This document shows positions 46,029 through 57,100 of a DNA stretch of 64,000 nt, one piece after another. The translations under genes were made by a program, and so were the position numbers. Source of the stretch: a virus; IMG/VR virus record IMGVR_UViG_3300042503_000110, positions 1 through 64,000 of that record; one strand, 5' to 3'. Positions within the stretch are counted from its first letter, which is position 1, and every line of letters starts with the position of its first letter. The notes beneath the pieces were generated by a model. The model made no database searches and was not told the DNA's origin. It worked only from the letters and a program-made list of their open reading frames with translations.

Positions 46029-46409
46029 ATGGCAGAAAAAGAAATTTTCACAACAGTCCGTCCTGAATTAGTAATAGGCCAACTGTTCCAGTCTAGAGAC
46101 ACAATCCACATTGCGCATCTTCAGACCGTAAGTTATGCAGAGCATAAAGCTTTGAATGAGTACTATGACTCTTTACTAAATTTAACCGATGGTTTACTAG
46201 AAACTTATTTCGGCACAATCGGAAAAAGAATTAATATCAAGATCCCTGCGTCTGAGTACGTAAATCCACAGCAGCATCTTAAGCAGTTAATGGACTACGT
46301 TAAAAAGCACAGAGGGGTTTTTGGTATTGAGAATACTCATCTCCAAAACATCGTTGACGAAATCTTAGCTTTAATTGCTAAGACTTTGTATTTATTAACC
46401 TTATCATAA
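46029..46409 (+). CDS. Ferritin/Dps-like four-helix protein (DUF5856-like)
   Basis: H..HLQT.SYAEHKAL..YYD......D.L.E.Y.G ... LQNI.DE......T.Y.LTL. Confidence 0.75.
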   Translation: MAEKEIFTTVRPELVIGQLFQSRDTIHIAHLQTVSYAEHKALNEYYDSLLNLTDGLLETYFGTIGKRINIKIPASEYVNPQQHLKQLMDYVKKHRGVFGIENTHLQNIVDEILALIAKTLYLLTLS

Positions 46410-46419
46410 AATCACGACA

Positions 46420-47310
46420 ATGAATAACTTGTATAAAAACTACATGATGAAGAAGGGTGGGCAGTGGATTCAAGCTGCTATTAAAAAACCTGGTGCATTA
46501 ACTAAGCAAGCAAAAGCTGCTGGTATGTCTGTTCCTGCTTTCAGAGAACAAGTATTAGCTAATAAAGAAGATTACTCTGGCACTACAGTACGTAGAGCTA
46601 ATCTAGCTAAAACTTTATCTAAAATGAAAAAGGGACAAGGCGGTATGGAATTTAAAGATCCAATGGGTCCTGACCGTATGATGGGTGAGGCAGAGATGGT
46701 AGACAATAATTCTTTGACAGGAAGCGAGTTTGAAGTAGCTCCTTCTATTCAAGCCCTTGACCCTAATTTAGATTTTGCACGTCAAGATATTGCTAGCCTA
46801 GAAAAACAAGCAGAACGTGATAACGTAAAAACTTATCAAAGAATGCTTAATCAGAAGTATGGGGCTGGCTTATCAGAAGATGGTGCATGGGGTCCTAAAA
46901 CTCAAGCTGCTTATGAGAAGTTTATTATGGCTAAGAAAGCCGCTCCTGCAAGTAAAGAGCCTAACCCAATGACTAAGAATCCTGAAAGAGACTTACCTAA
47001 TTTTGAGAGAATGTCTCCAATAGAGATTAAAGCTAAGAAGAAGGCTGAACCTATGACTTTATTGCCTAAGCGTCCTATTCCTCAGATTCAACCTACAATG
47101 AGTAACTTTATGAACAGCCCTGCTGCTAAATTTAACTCTCGTAGTTATTCTGACAATACCAGAGTAGCACCTGCCGCTAGACCAATGACTCGTACTGCGC
47201 CTGCTGCTAAACCTGCAAATCGTTTTGACCGAACCACAATAGGACCAACTCCTAGCGGATACCGTTCTGTATTGTACGATCAGTTTCTACAAAGAAACAA
47301 ATTAAAGTAA
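46420..47310 (+). CDS. Basic internal virion protein with PG-binding-like motif
   Basis: WIQ.AIKKPGAL...RRA.LA.TL phage motif; Q..LN....L..DG.WG..T..A (PG_binding_1-like); xxGG motifs. Confidence 0.6.
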   Translation: MNNLYKNYMMKKGGQWIQAAIKKPGALTKQAKAAGMSVPAFREQVLANKEDYSGTTVRRANLAKTLSKMKKGQGGMEFKDPMGPDRMMGEAEMVDNNSLTGSEFEVAPSIQALDPNLDFARQDIASLEKQAERDNVKTYQRMLNQKYGAGLSEDGAWGPKTQAAYEKFIMAKKAAPASKEPNPMTKNPERDLPNFERMSPIEIKAKKKAEPMTLLPKRPIPQIQPTMSNFMNSPAAKFNSRSYSDNTRVAPAARPMTRTAPAAKPANRFDRTTIGPTPSGYRSVLYDQFLQRNKLK

Positions 47311-47313
47311 TCT

Positions 47314-48843
47314 ATGGAAATTAAAGCCTTATATAAAAAGTTCTTAAAGCACAAAGGAATCTCTGCGCCTAAAAATAAAGTGCAGAGTAAAAAACCTATC
47401 ACCGTAAGTAATGTAGGATTGTGGGACAAAAGCAAAAAGAAAGTTATTGTTCCTTCTAACAGAATTACTATGAAAGGTCCCAAGGGCGAACAAGACTTTT
47501 TTAAAAGGCCTGTATTAGCTACTGGGTTGCAGTCAGGTAAACAAGTCTTGATGCAACCTGGTGGCGAATACTATTTTCCAGAAGATAAGCAGGTGTTTGA
47601 AAAGCGCATGCAGGGTGGTGGAACAGTTCAGACTAATATGCTTCAGCCTATTAAGAAAGACGAAGAGTCTCTTCCTGTTATTCTAGATTCTTTATTCTCT
47701 CAGTTTCAAAAAACCAAGCAAGAGTTTGGCGTAGAACCTGAAGAGCCTGAGACACCTTCTTTACAAACAGGAGGACACGTTATTCAGCCTGGAGAAACAT
47801 TTTTTGGTATAGCTAATAAGTATAATTTAACTAAAGAGGATTTAATAGATGCCAATCCTGACGTAGATATAAATACTATTCAAATAGGCCAAAGTCTTAA
47901 AATTCCTGTAATAGAATCTGTAGGACAAGTAGAGATAAATGCTGCTGCTGCAAAAACTCCTACAAAATGGTTTGATTATGTTAACCCAATGAACTGGGGA
48001 GCACCGAATTATGATGATGCTGGAAACTTTAGACAAGCTTTTAGAAAAGCTAGAATTGAAGGAGAAAATGATTTTATGTGGTATGGAGATAGATATTCTT
48101 CTGACTTAGCTAATCTAGAAAATAAAAGACAAGAGCTAGTAAAAGATATTGCAGAAGAAACTGAAACTTTAGAGCCTATTAAAACTAATAGACGTAAAGT
48201 TAATGAACAACTCCCCACATCTACTGGAATTAACAACGACATTCTTTTACGCCAAGCATACAAAGAATCTACCTTTGATCCCAAAGCTCAGTCATCTGCA
48301 GGCTATATGGGATTGGCTCAGATTGGTGACGAAGTTATTAAAGATTATAAAAAGGCTACAGGTGTTCAGAGTGTAGATGCTTATGATCCAGAACAAAACG
48401 CTGCTGTACAAAGATGGGCAATGAATCAAATTTATAACTCTGATTTTGTTAATAAAAAAAATCAGTCAGATGAGGTTCGATTAGCTAAAACATTGGCAAG
48501 TTACAATTGGGGTAAAGGAAATGTTAGAAATTATTTAAAAAGACAAAAAGCAAAAGGAGTTGATATTTACAATTCATTAGATTGGTTAGAAGAACTTCCA
48601 CAAGAAACAAGGGACTATGTACATAAAATACAATTAAGAGATGTTCCTGAGTTTGATATACAGTTTAACCAAGCTATAAAGAATAAAAAATATTCTCCTT
48701 ACGTAGAATTATATCAGAATAAGGCAAACGGAGGAATTATTAATACATTCCAAATGGGCGGCATGTCTATACCAGGAGTTAACGGGACTGTAATAGCCAA
48801 TACTAATGCTCCATCTCTTTACAAAAAATATAAACGTAAATGA
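47314..48843 (+). CDS. Virion lytic transglycosylase with LysM domain
   Basis: LysM HVIQPGETF.GIA.KY......L..ANP....IQIGQ.LKIP; SLT ES.FDP.A.S.AG..GL.Q, ASYN.G.G.V and P.ETRDYV. Confidence 0.85.
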   Translation: MEIKALYKKFLKHKGISAPKNKVQSKKPITVSNVGLWDKSKKKVIVPSNRITMKGPKGEQDFFKRPVLATGLQSGKQVLMQPGGEYYFPEDKQVFEKRMQGGGTVQTNMLQPIKKDEESLPVILDSLFSQFQKTKQEFGVEPEEPETPSLQTGGHVIQPGETFFGIANKYNLTKEDLIDANPDVDINTIQIGQSLKIPVIESVGQVEINAAAAKTPTKWFDYVNPMNWGAPNYDDAGNFRQAFRKARIEGENDFMWYGDRYSSDLANLENKRQELVKDIAEETETLEPIKTNRRKVNEQLPTSTGINNDILLRQAYKESTFDPKAQSSAGYMGLAQIGDEVIKDYKKATGVQSVDAYDPEQNAAVQRWAMNQIYNSDFVNKKNQSDEVRLAKTLASYNWGKGNVRNYLKRQKAKGVDIYNSLDWLEELPQETRDYVHKIQLRDVPEFDIQFNQAIKNKKYSPYVELYQNKANGGIINTFQMGGMSIPGVNGTVIANTNAPSLYKKYKRK

Positions 48844-49310
48844 AACAAATGATAAAACGTAAAGACGGATCATACTCACAACGTGGCTTGTGGGATAACA
48901 TCCGCGCCAATCGTGGTTCAGGCAAAAAGCCTACTGCACAGATGCTTAAGCAAGAAAAGAAGATTAAAGCAGAGGAAAAGTCTAGCATGAAGTACGGAGG
49001 TCGTTTGTATAAATCTTATAAGCAAGGTGGTACTATTGCGCACACTACTAAAGGCCCTGGTGCAAACTACCGTCCTACTAAATCAGGAGCAGGGATGACT
49101 GCTAAAGGAGTAGCTGCATACAGAAGAGCAAATCCAGGTTCTAAACTACAAACAGCAGTAACAGGTAAAGTTAAACCAGGAAGTAAAGCTGCTAATCGTA
49201 GAAAATCATATTGTGCTCGTTCATTAGGACAGTTAAGACAGGCTTCTGCTAAAACTAAAAACGATCCTAACTCAAGAATACGTCAGGCAAGAAGGCGGTG
49301 GAAATGTTAA
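48840..49310 (+). CDS. Highly basic phage protein (DUF6321-like C-terminal domain)
   Basis: G.T.KG..AYR..NPGSKL...V...RRKSYCAR..G...DPNSR...ARRRW.C; N-terminal GLWDNI motif. Confidence 0.7.
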   Translation: MKQMIKRKDGSYSQRGLWDNIRANRGSGKKPTAQMLKQEKKIKAEEKSSMKYGGRLYKSYKQGGTIAHTTKGPGANYRPTKSGAGMTAKGVAAYRRANPGSKLQTAVTGKVKPGSKAANRRKSYCARSLGQLRQASAKTKNDPNSRIRQARRRWKC

Positions 49311-49334
49311 TCATTAACTTTTAAAATTAATAAC

Positions 49335-49484
49335 ATGGCAACTAAATCAAAATCAACCAGCGTTTCTTCTTTATTTAAAGAGAAACCTAAAGTAAACAGA
49401 CCAGGCGTACACGCTAAAACAAAAGCTTCTAAGTTGAAGCAGAGCAAGAACTACAAGAAAAGTTACAGGGGGCAAGGGAAATAA
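49335..49484 (+). CDS. Small basic protein, 49 aa (below the track cut-off)
   Basis: MATKSKSTSVSSLFKEKPKVNRPGVHAKTKASKLKQSKNYKKSYRGQGK; A-rich leader; followed by a terminator. Confidence 0.7.
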   Translation: MATKSKSTSVSSLFKEKPKVNRPGVHAKTKASKLKQSKNYKKSYRGQGK

Positions 49485-49501
49485 AATCCCTTGCTTTTTT
49501 T
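49472..49501 (+). terminator. Rho-independent terminator overlapping a stop codon and the next promoter
   Basis: GCAAGGGA-aataaaa-TCCCTTGC-TTTTTTT. Confidence 0.75.
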
Positions 49502-49520
49502 GCTTTATAAAGTATATTTG
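49491..49520 (+). promoter_or_regulatory. Bacteroidota sigma promoter of the cargo operon
   Basis: TTG 49491-49493, 19-nt spacer, TATATTTG 49513-49520. Confidence 0.7.
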
Positions 49521-49581
49521 TAATTACCTATAATATAATGAGTTATTAACTTTTAATGTTATAACTATAAAAATTAATCCA

Positions 49582-52461
49582 ATGTTAAGGCACTCTCTTT
49601 ATAAAAAACTAGGAAAGAAATACCAAAACGGAGCTAAGACTAATGTTGCCGCTGAATTTAAAGCGCCCGCTCCTTTCGGTACTTATACAACACCCAATCA
49701 ACCACAAGGTACTATTACTACTCAGGATGCTTCTTTTGCTCCTGGGGTATTTAGTAATGAGAAGGCAGACAATACCTTTACTCCTTTTCCTGCTCCTTTA
49801 AATATATTTGACGTTAATCTTCAGACACCTCAAGTTGAGCAAGGTCCGCTTACAGAATCTGATACGTCTGAACGAGGTCTTAGTGCTGAACCAGCAGCTG
49901 AGACTAAACCTAAAGAAAAAGAATCTCAATGGCAAGACTATGCCACATTAGGATTAGCTGGTGTATCTGGTGGACTAAACTTCTTAGATACTCAAAAAAG
50001 AGATCGTGAGCTACAACAATCAATTCAACAAAGAGATAGTAAACCTTTATACGATTACAACTGGATGTACGGTAGAACTACTTCTGGTGGTACAGAATAT
50101 CAACCCATTATTATGGCACAACAAGGCGCAAACATCCGTAAGCCTTTAAACTCATTAGAAGCATCTAATGTAGAAATAGAAGGTGGAGAGTTCTTGATAC
50201 TCCCTGACGGAACAACTGAAATTGCAAAAGGCCCATCACACGCAAAAGGTGGCATAGATACAATCCTTCCTAACGGAACTAAAGTATTCTCTAACCATCT
50301 CCGTCCTATGGACTTGCATAAGATGCCAGCCGAGTATAAGAAAATGTTACTAGGAGGCTACATGCAAGCAGGCGGTGAAGTTGGTGATTTAGGATTAGAC
50401 TATCTTGAAGATATGATTGGCTCAGGTAAAAAACCTAAAGGCAAGGACGCACAGAAGACTTTTGCTGAGATTGCTAAACGTTACGACCTTGCAATGTATC
50501 AGAAAGTATTAGATAATCCTTTTGCTTCTGCTGTAGATAAACAAACAGCTTCTGTTATGCTAAAGCGTAACGCTGAAATTCTTGAGCAACTTTTCCGCGA
50601 CCAGCAAATGCTTAACGGTAATTCTAGCGGAGAACCTATGGAAGGTATGAAGAATGGTGGCATAAACAACCCTGGTTTTAAATCACTTCCTGGATATGTT
50701 CAAGCTAAGATTATGTCGAACATGACAGATGGGGGTAAGTATAAGCTTCCTGAAGGAGCTAACGTAGTTTCTGAAGCAGATGTTGCTAAAGCTAACGCAG
50801 GTGACTATGTACGTTTCTCTGACGGAACTATAAAAAAGCTTACAAAGAAAGACGTTAAAACAATTGACAAAGGATTTAATAAGGACTTCTCCGTTATGAA
50901 ACAACGTTGGGATGATCCTAAACTAAACCCTGTTAAAGACCAGATGTGGAACAAGTACATTCAAGCTAATCCGAATGCAAAGATTAGCAAAGAGCAGTAC
51001 TTAAATAACTACATTAAAACTCAAGAGCAACTTTATGCAATTGACGCTGCTGCAGCTAAAGACCCAAGTATTGACTTATCGAATCCAGAGTGGGACAGAA
51101 CCGCAGGAGGCGCAAAGAATAAACGATACAAAGAACTAACTAAAAAGTTAGGACTTCCTGAATTAAACGAGGAGCAGATTACTCAGTTCCAACAAGGATA
51201 CAAAGACTTAGCTGCTATTCAAGAAGACCCTCAATACAAAGAATCACTTGCTGACTTTGACTTAGCACCTAAAGGGGTGGGAGACCAACAATACTTAGGT
51301 AAAGCTATTTCTCCAGCAGATGCTATTTTAGGTAATACTACTGTAAGACAACTTCAGTATTTAAAGAACAAAGAAGAAGTTCCTACCTACGAGTATGAGA
51401 ACGTACCTGAGGAAACTCCAACTGGTGGAGACTACAACTTACAAGGTAAGAATGCTAGAGGCAAGTATGAGCCTATGCCATTCCCACTAAGTCAGGCTAT
51501 TCCTGCTGCTTACGGACTTGCACAAGCACAAGAAACTTTCCCCTATGCTATTCCTGAAGTAGAGGCTCCTTATATCAGACCTCAGACTTTAAACATTCAA
51601 AGTCAACTGCAAGACGCAGATAACAATGCTATTGCTGCTATGCGTTATGGAGCAGATCCTAATCTTGCATACATAGCAGGACTAGATGCAAAGCAAAAGT
51701 CATTTGAGACCAAACAGAACTACGATGCAGAAGGTAGATCTCGTGCTGATATATACAATGCAGATGCTAAGTTTAAAGCAGACACTGTAAACGCAGGTGC
51801 TTTTAACCAAGTCTACAATGATTTGTATGCAACAGCTAAATCTAATCAGTCTGAAGAAAAAGTAAAAGCAGTAAATGCACTAGCTACTAACAGAGCAAAG
51901 TGGGCTCAAGACGAGAATCTAAAGAAGTTTTATTTTAACAACTTCGTTACCAACTACGACTTTGATTCCAACGATCCTAATAAGGAGATGAAAGCAAAAG
52001 GAAGTCAACAATTTAGTATTACTGGAGTTAATCCTACACAGAAAACTACTCCGTCTACAACAGGAACTCCCTCTGTAACTACAGCCCCAACTACAACTCC
52101 AGCTACGTCTCCAACTTCAACTGCACCTACACAAACTAATCAACCACAAACTTCTATGCCAACTTCCTCTACGATGAGAAGAAGCCTTGACCCTAACCTA
52201 CCGCTTTCTATGCAGTATGGGGTTAATAACCCAGGTATTCCTGAAGTAGGTGGTTTTACTCCAAAGAGAAGTTTAAATCCTAACTTACCTTTATCCATGC
52301 AGTATGGTCCTACTTTTAATCAACCTACTGATGTCAACTTATTGACTCTTCCGCAATCTATGGGTGGAGCAGGGTTGCCGCCAAATGAGTTTGAGATGGG
52401 GGGACAGTTAGACAGTTACTTGAATCCATTTAAAAAGAAAAAAGGTTTTAGAAAAAAATAA
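49582..52461 (+). CDS. Cargo/ejection protein 1-like
   Basis: VE.EGGE....DG......GPSH..GG......VFS motif typical of crAss cargo protein 1; Q/A-rich helices; Thr/Pro-rich tail. Confidence 0.7.
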   Translation: MLRHSLYKKLGKKYQNGAKTNVAAEFKAPAPFGTYTTPNQPQGTITTQDASFAPGVFSNEKADNTFTPFPAPLNIFDVNLQTPQVEQGPLTESDTSERGLSAEPAAETKPKEKESQWQDYATLGLAGVSGGLNFLDTQKRDRELQQSIQQRDSKPLYDYNWMYGRTTSGGTEYQPIIMAQQGANIRKPLNSLEASNVEIEGGEFLILPDGTTEIAKGPSHAKGGIDTILPNGTKVFSNHLRPMDLHKMPAEYKKMLLGGYMQAGGEVGDLGLDYLEDMIGSGKKPKGKDAQKTFAEIAKRYDLAMYQKVLDNPFASAVDKQTASVMLKRNAEILEQLFRDQQMLNGNSSGEPMEGMKNGGINNPGFKSLPGYVQAKIMSNMTDGGKYKLPEGANVVSEADVAKANAGDYVRFSDGTIKKLTKKDVKTIDKGFNKDFSVMKQRWDDPKLNPVKDQMWNKYIQANPNAKISKEQYLNNYIKTQEQLYAIDAAAAKDPSIDLSNPEWDRTAGGAKNKRYKELTKKLGLPELNEEQITQFQQGYKDLAAIQEDPQYKESLADFDLAPKGVGDQQYLGKAISPADAILGNTTVRQLQYLKNKEEVPTYEYENVPEETPTGGDYNLQGKNARGKYEPMPFPLSQAIPAAYGLAQAQETFPYAIPEVEAPYIRPQTLNIQSQLQDADNNAIAAMRYGADPNLAYIAGLDAKQKSFETKQNYDAEGRSRADIYNADAKFKADTVNAGAFNQVYNDLYATAKSNQSEEKVKAVNALATNRAKWAQDENLKKFYFNNFVTNYDFDSNDPNKEMKAKGSQQFSITGVNPTQKTTPSTTGTPSVTTAPTTTPATSPTSTAPTQTNQPQTSMPTSSTMRRSLDPNLPLSMQYGVNNPGIPEVGGFTPKRSLNPNLPLSMQYGPTFNQPTDVNLLTLPQSMGGAGLPPNEFEMGGQLDSYLNPFKKKKGFRKK

Positions 52462-52467
52462 CCAACT

Positions 52468-54135
52468 ATGATTTCGCATAAATCAAAAGGATTTGTATAC
52501 CCAGAATATATCTCTCCGCTACCAGCAGATGAGTTTATTAAAGGTGCGCTTCTTAAACAGAAGATGTACGATGAGGGTATTGACAAAGTACAACAACAAT
52601 TAGATACCTACGGACAAATTCGCAAAGGTCTTTTGAAAGAAGAAGACAAGGCATACTTTGACCAAGAAGCAACTAAGCTAGTAAACGCATTAAATAAAAA
52701 TGCGGGATTAGACTTTGCTAACAAAAACAATGTCCGCTCTGCGTTATCTCTTGGAAACAATCTAGTTAATGACCCTATCATCTCTAACGCTGCGGAGTCT
52801 ACTGCTACCTATAAAAAGATGATGGAAGAGTACAGCAAGTTAGATCCTAAAAACAGAAGTTCTGTAAATGACTACTTCTTTATGAAGGACATTAACAACT
52901 GGATGAAAGACGGCAAAACTGGTTCTAAACTCAGATACAATCCTTATACTGTTTACACAGACGAGCACGTTAAATTATGGGGTGAACTATCTCAAAAATT
53001 AAAACCAGATGAAGTAGAAGTTCCTATGTTTGATGGTAAGAGTGGGGAGTGGATTGTTCAAAAGAAGTATTCGGGTGTAAGTGCAGAGCGTTTTAGAACT
53101 GCATATCTTAATGGACTAAGCGCACAAGCTAAAGCCCAGTTAGAGATGGAAGCACGTTACGTTTTTGAGACAGGAGATAGAGATCAAATAATGTCTCTTT
53201 ATAACCAAGACGTAACTACCAAAATTACTGCTTTAAATTTAGATATAGATAAAGCTACGACTCAACGTACTGAACTTGCGGGTAAATACGGAAACCAATC
53301 TCCTGAAGTACGTAAGGCAGATGAGCAACTGAATCAACTTAGGGCTACTCAACGTTTCTACGAGGAGAAACAAACGGCTGAAATTAAAGACAACGATTTG
53401 ATTACTTTCTTGAGAGATGATAAGATTTTTGACGCAGCAGGTGGTTTTGCTTACAAGAACGAAAGTACTAAACTTGAAGCTAATCCTTATGTAGTAGATA
53501 TACGTAAGATGCAGAACAACATAGCTGAGTACAGAGCTAAAGCAGAAATTGATATTCTTAAAGAACAAGAACTTGTTAGACGTGGGTTAAAAGACGGTGC
53601 AGCTGTTGCTGGACTTAGTATGGGATCTTATTTACCTGATAGTCAGTATAACGGTAGTCCAGTTATTCAAGACCTTAATCCAATTTATGGCCAAACTAGA
53701 AGTACTCAAGAGGCTGGTTTAATCCAAAACGGTCTTGTTAAATTTGCAGAAGGAAAAACTGTAAATGAAGCACTTCAAGCAATAATGGATGAAGGTAAAA
53801 TATCAGGAGAAGACAGACGTGATATTAATGAGATGTTCTTACCTTCTGGAGTTTTAGAAAGACTGCCAGTAGCAGAGCAACGTGCAAGACAAAAAAGAGG
53901 TGATAGATTAGTTGAAGAAATGTTTTGGAAGTTTAAAGGTATTTACGAAACCCTACAAGGAACTAGAACAATTACACAGGGAGAAGATACTTATAATCTA
54001 AAACCAACTGATACTGTTTCAGTTCTAGAAATGACTGGCGGGGTAAGAGATATGAGCGTTTCATCTCTATTAAATAGGGATGGAAGTTATTTATCTCAGA
54101 TTAAAGAAATTAGAGTTAAGACATTAAACAAGTAG
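52468..54135 (+). CDS. Cargo/ejection protein
   Basis: Y.SPLP......KQ..YD N-terminus; helical; lies in the cargo operon. Confidence 0.6.
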   Translation: MISHKSKGFVYPEYISPLPADEFIKGALLKQKMYDEGIDKVQQQLDTYGQIRKGLLKEEDKAYFDQEATKLVNALNKNAGLDFANKNNVRSALSLGNNLVNDPIISNAAESTATYKKMMEEYSKLDPKNRSSVNDYFFMKDINNWMKDGKTGSKLRYNPYTVYTDEHVKLWGELSQKLKPDEVEVPMFDGKSGEWIVQKKYSGVSAERFRTAYLNGLSAQAKAQLEMEARYVFETGDRDQIMSLYNQDVTTKITALNLDIDKATTQRTELAGKYGNQSPEVRKADEQLNQLRATQRFYEEKQTAEIKDNDLITFLRDDKIFDAAGGFAYKNESTKLEANPYVVDIRKMQNNIAEYRAKAEIDILKEQELVRRGLKDGAAVAGLSMGSYLPDSQYNGSPVIQDLNPIYGQTRSTQEAGLIQNGLVKFAEGKTVNEALQAIMDEGKISGEDRRDINEMFLPSGVLERLPVAEQRARQKRGDRLVEEMFWKFKGIYETLQGTRTITQGEDTYNLKPTDTVSVLEMTGGVRDMSVSSLLNRDGSYLSQIKEIRVKTLNK

Positions 54136-54144
54136 TAAGTAGGT

Positions 54145-57100
54145 ATGGCAAAAAAAGTAGATAGTTCCTTTAACTTTTTAGGAATAGATCCTCGCCTAAA
54201 TGTAGGAGATCCAAATGTTGTTAAAACAGCAGTTGATAGGTCAATCAACAGTGACCCTGTTTTATTTAATGCTTATCATACTAAAGAACTTGTAAGACCT
54301 AGATTAGATGAAATAAGAAGGCAAAATGAAATGGAGCGTCTGCGTAATGTAGACGTAAACTCTTTCAATTACCTAGCAAAGAAAGCAGGATACGATGAAG
54401 GTTATGCTGCTAGTCTTTTTAATCGAGTGCAGGACTTATCTTCTATGGAAACCCAAGAAGCTTTGGCAACTTACAGTGACCTGTTAGGAGAATTAAATGA
54501 TCTAAAAGAACAGGCAACTACAGAACAGTTTGGAGGTATAGATAAATTAGCAGACTTTGGAGAGGGCTTTTTTGAGACAGCTAAAGGACTTACTAATCTT
54601 ACTAATTCATTGTTTGGTGGTGAGGCACAGTTTACTGACCCGTCAGAATATTTAGGTAAGAATAAAAATGATGTAATGGCGCAAAAGGCTTTAGATGAAG
54701 TCTTTACTCCTACAGAAATTTATAACTACGCCAAAAGAGTTTTAGATCGCCAACACAAACAAATATCTATTAAGAAGTTCTCTCAAGAGAATGGAGGTGC
54801 AGACAAAATATTGAGTCTTATTGAATCCAAGAATCGTGACTTAACAAGCATGAATGGATTTGATGATTTGATTCTTCCTGTTTTAAATAATCAATTTACT
54901 ACCCCTGGTTCTGACTATTTTAGAGGCGAAGGTGGTGACATGACCGCACAAGATGTTAGAGAGTTTCAGGATTACACTAAACAGCTTTTTACAACTGACC
55001 TAACTAAACGTAGTTCTTGGGGGTCTCATATTGGAAATGACGGAATTGGTTATGGTAAGTATGATTTAGAGAAAGAGGCGCTTAATGACTACAAGTCTGT
55101 ATTACAAGAAGAACTCTTTACTGTTGTAGATGAACGTAGAGGTCTTATAGATCAAGACAAACTAAAGAAAAACTCCAAAGAAGATTTGGTCTACCAAGGT
55201 AAGATAACCAGACTAAACTCTGCTTTAGACAAACTTGTATCAAGAGAAAAGAATATTGACCAAGTATATGGAGTATCTGTAGGAGACCGTAGTGGTTTTC
55301 TTAGAGGTACTTTAGGTAGTGCCTATATGGCTACTAGGGACTTTGCTACTTTTATTACTCCAGGATTTGATAGTCCAAAATTTGATATAGAGACACAACT
55401 TCTTAGGAATGCTATGTATAAACCAGAGGTTGTAAAGTACGACAAGTACGGAAACCCTGTTTTATCTAATCAAGTATTTTATGAGACTGCTTCTGGAAAC
55501 AAAGCTAACTGGTCAGGTTTATTTGAGGCAGGTGGCGCAATGATTGGTGATATGACTCCTGCTATTCTTACAGGGGGTTTTGTTGCTCGTGCAGTAGGGG
55601 CAGGTCTATCATTAGCAGCTACAGAAGCCGCAGAGGCTACATTTGCCGCAAGAGCTGTATCCTCTACAGCTAAGGCTTACGATAAAGTAAACAGATACGG
55701 CAATCTAAGACTGGCAGATAGAGTCAGTACTTTTGGTACAATCTACGGATCTACCAAGCCTAGAATCTATGAGCAAGAAAAGAAATGGGGTGGAGACGCA
55801 GAAGGTAGGGCAACCTATCTTGCTATTGCAGAAGCTGCCGCTGAGTCAATAGGTTTTCCAGATGTAGGAATGCTTAAGGTAACTCCTTATAGTAGAGGAC
55901 TTGGCGCAGCTGCTAGGACTGCTACAGGAGTTAATCTTACACGTTCTCAGTTAGCAGGTGCTTATTTAAGAGGTGGTGCAGAATTTGCAAAGAACGCTGT
56001 TAAAGCAAACCTAGTAGAATCTTTTGAAGAAGAGATGTCTTTACTTGGTGAGACTTTAGTTAGCCAAGCTTATGCTGATGAATACGCTAAAGCAGGAAGA
56101 GAGCAGACTGAGTTTTCCGCAGAAAACATTGTTGATACTTTTGTAGAGTCATTTAAAGGCGGACTTCTTTATAGTGGCTTAATGACTGGACAAAATCATT
56201 ACAGAGCTACCCGTAAAGACGCACTCCTAGATCAAGCCGAATATGAGGCTGCACTTAACCCTGAATTATTTAAAGCTAAGTTAAAAGAGATTCACCAGAA
56301 AAACCCAGCTGAACTTTCTGAAAAACAATTAGCAGATGGGATTGTAACTATAGATAATCTTTCTAACACATTTAAGGGTCTTTCTCAGCTAGAGAACTTA
56401 AGAGACTTAAATACTTTCTTTGAGGATGAAGAGTCTCGTAGAAGATTATTTACTGCTGCTAGACAACGTGATGTACTTCGTAGTATTGACTTTGATAGTT
56501 TAACGCCAGAACAACAAGAGGAGTTTACTAAAGCAAAACTTTCAGGTAAGATTGCGAAAAACGCTACCAAAGAATATAATAAAGTACGTCAGCAGATTGC
56601 TAATCTTGTAACAGAAACCCAAGGTAAGAAGTTAACTCCAGAAGAATCAATTCAATTAATTGCCCTACAAGCCCAAGCTTTTAAATTAAAAGAAGTAACA
56701 AACACAATTGATTTAAGAAAATTAAATAATTCTCAAATGGAGACACTGGCTTCTATGGGAATTATACAAGATAAAGACTTCCAGTTTACCCAAGAAGACT
56801 TGGATAAGATGATTGGGGAAGTTGATACAGAAATTCTTAAAACTGAAAAGCGTGCATTTGAATATGCTTCTATGAGCAAAGCAGAAAAAGCAGAAGCCAT
56901 TAAGAAAGCATACGAGAAGAAGATAGCAGAAATCAATCAAGTAGATGAGCCTAATGTACTTATGGAGTCTTTAATTAAACTTAAGAGAGACTATGAGTAC
57001 CTAGAGAAGAATGTTCCAAACATTAATCCAGAAATCTTAGCTAACAAACAAGCATTGCTGGATGCGTTTGAACAAAAGTTCGACTCACTTACACAGAGAG

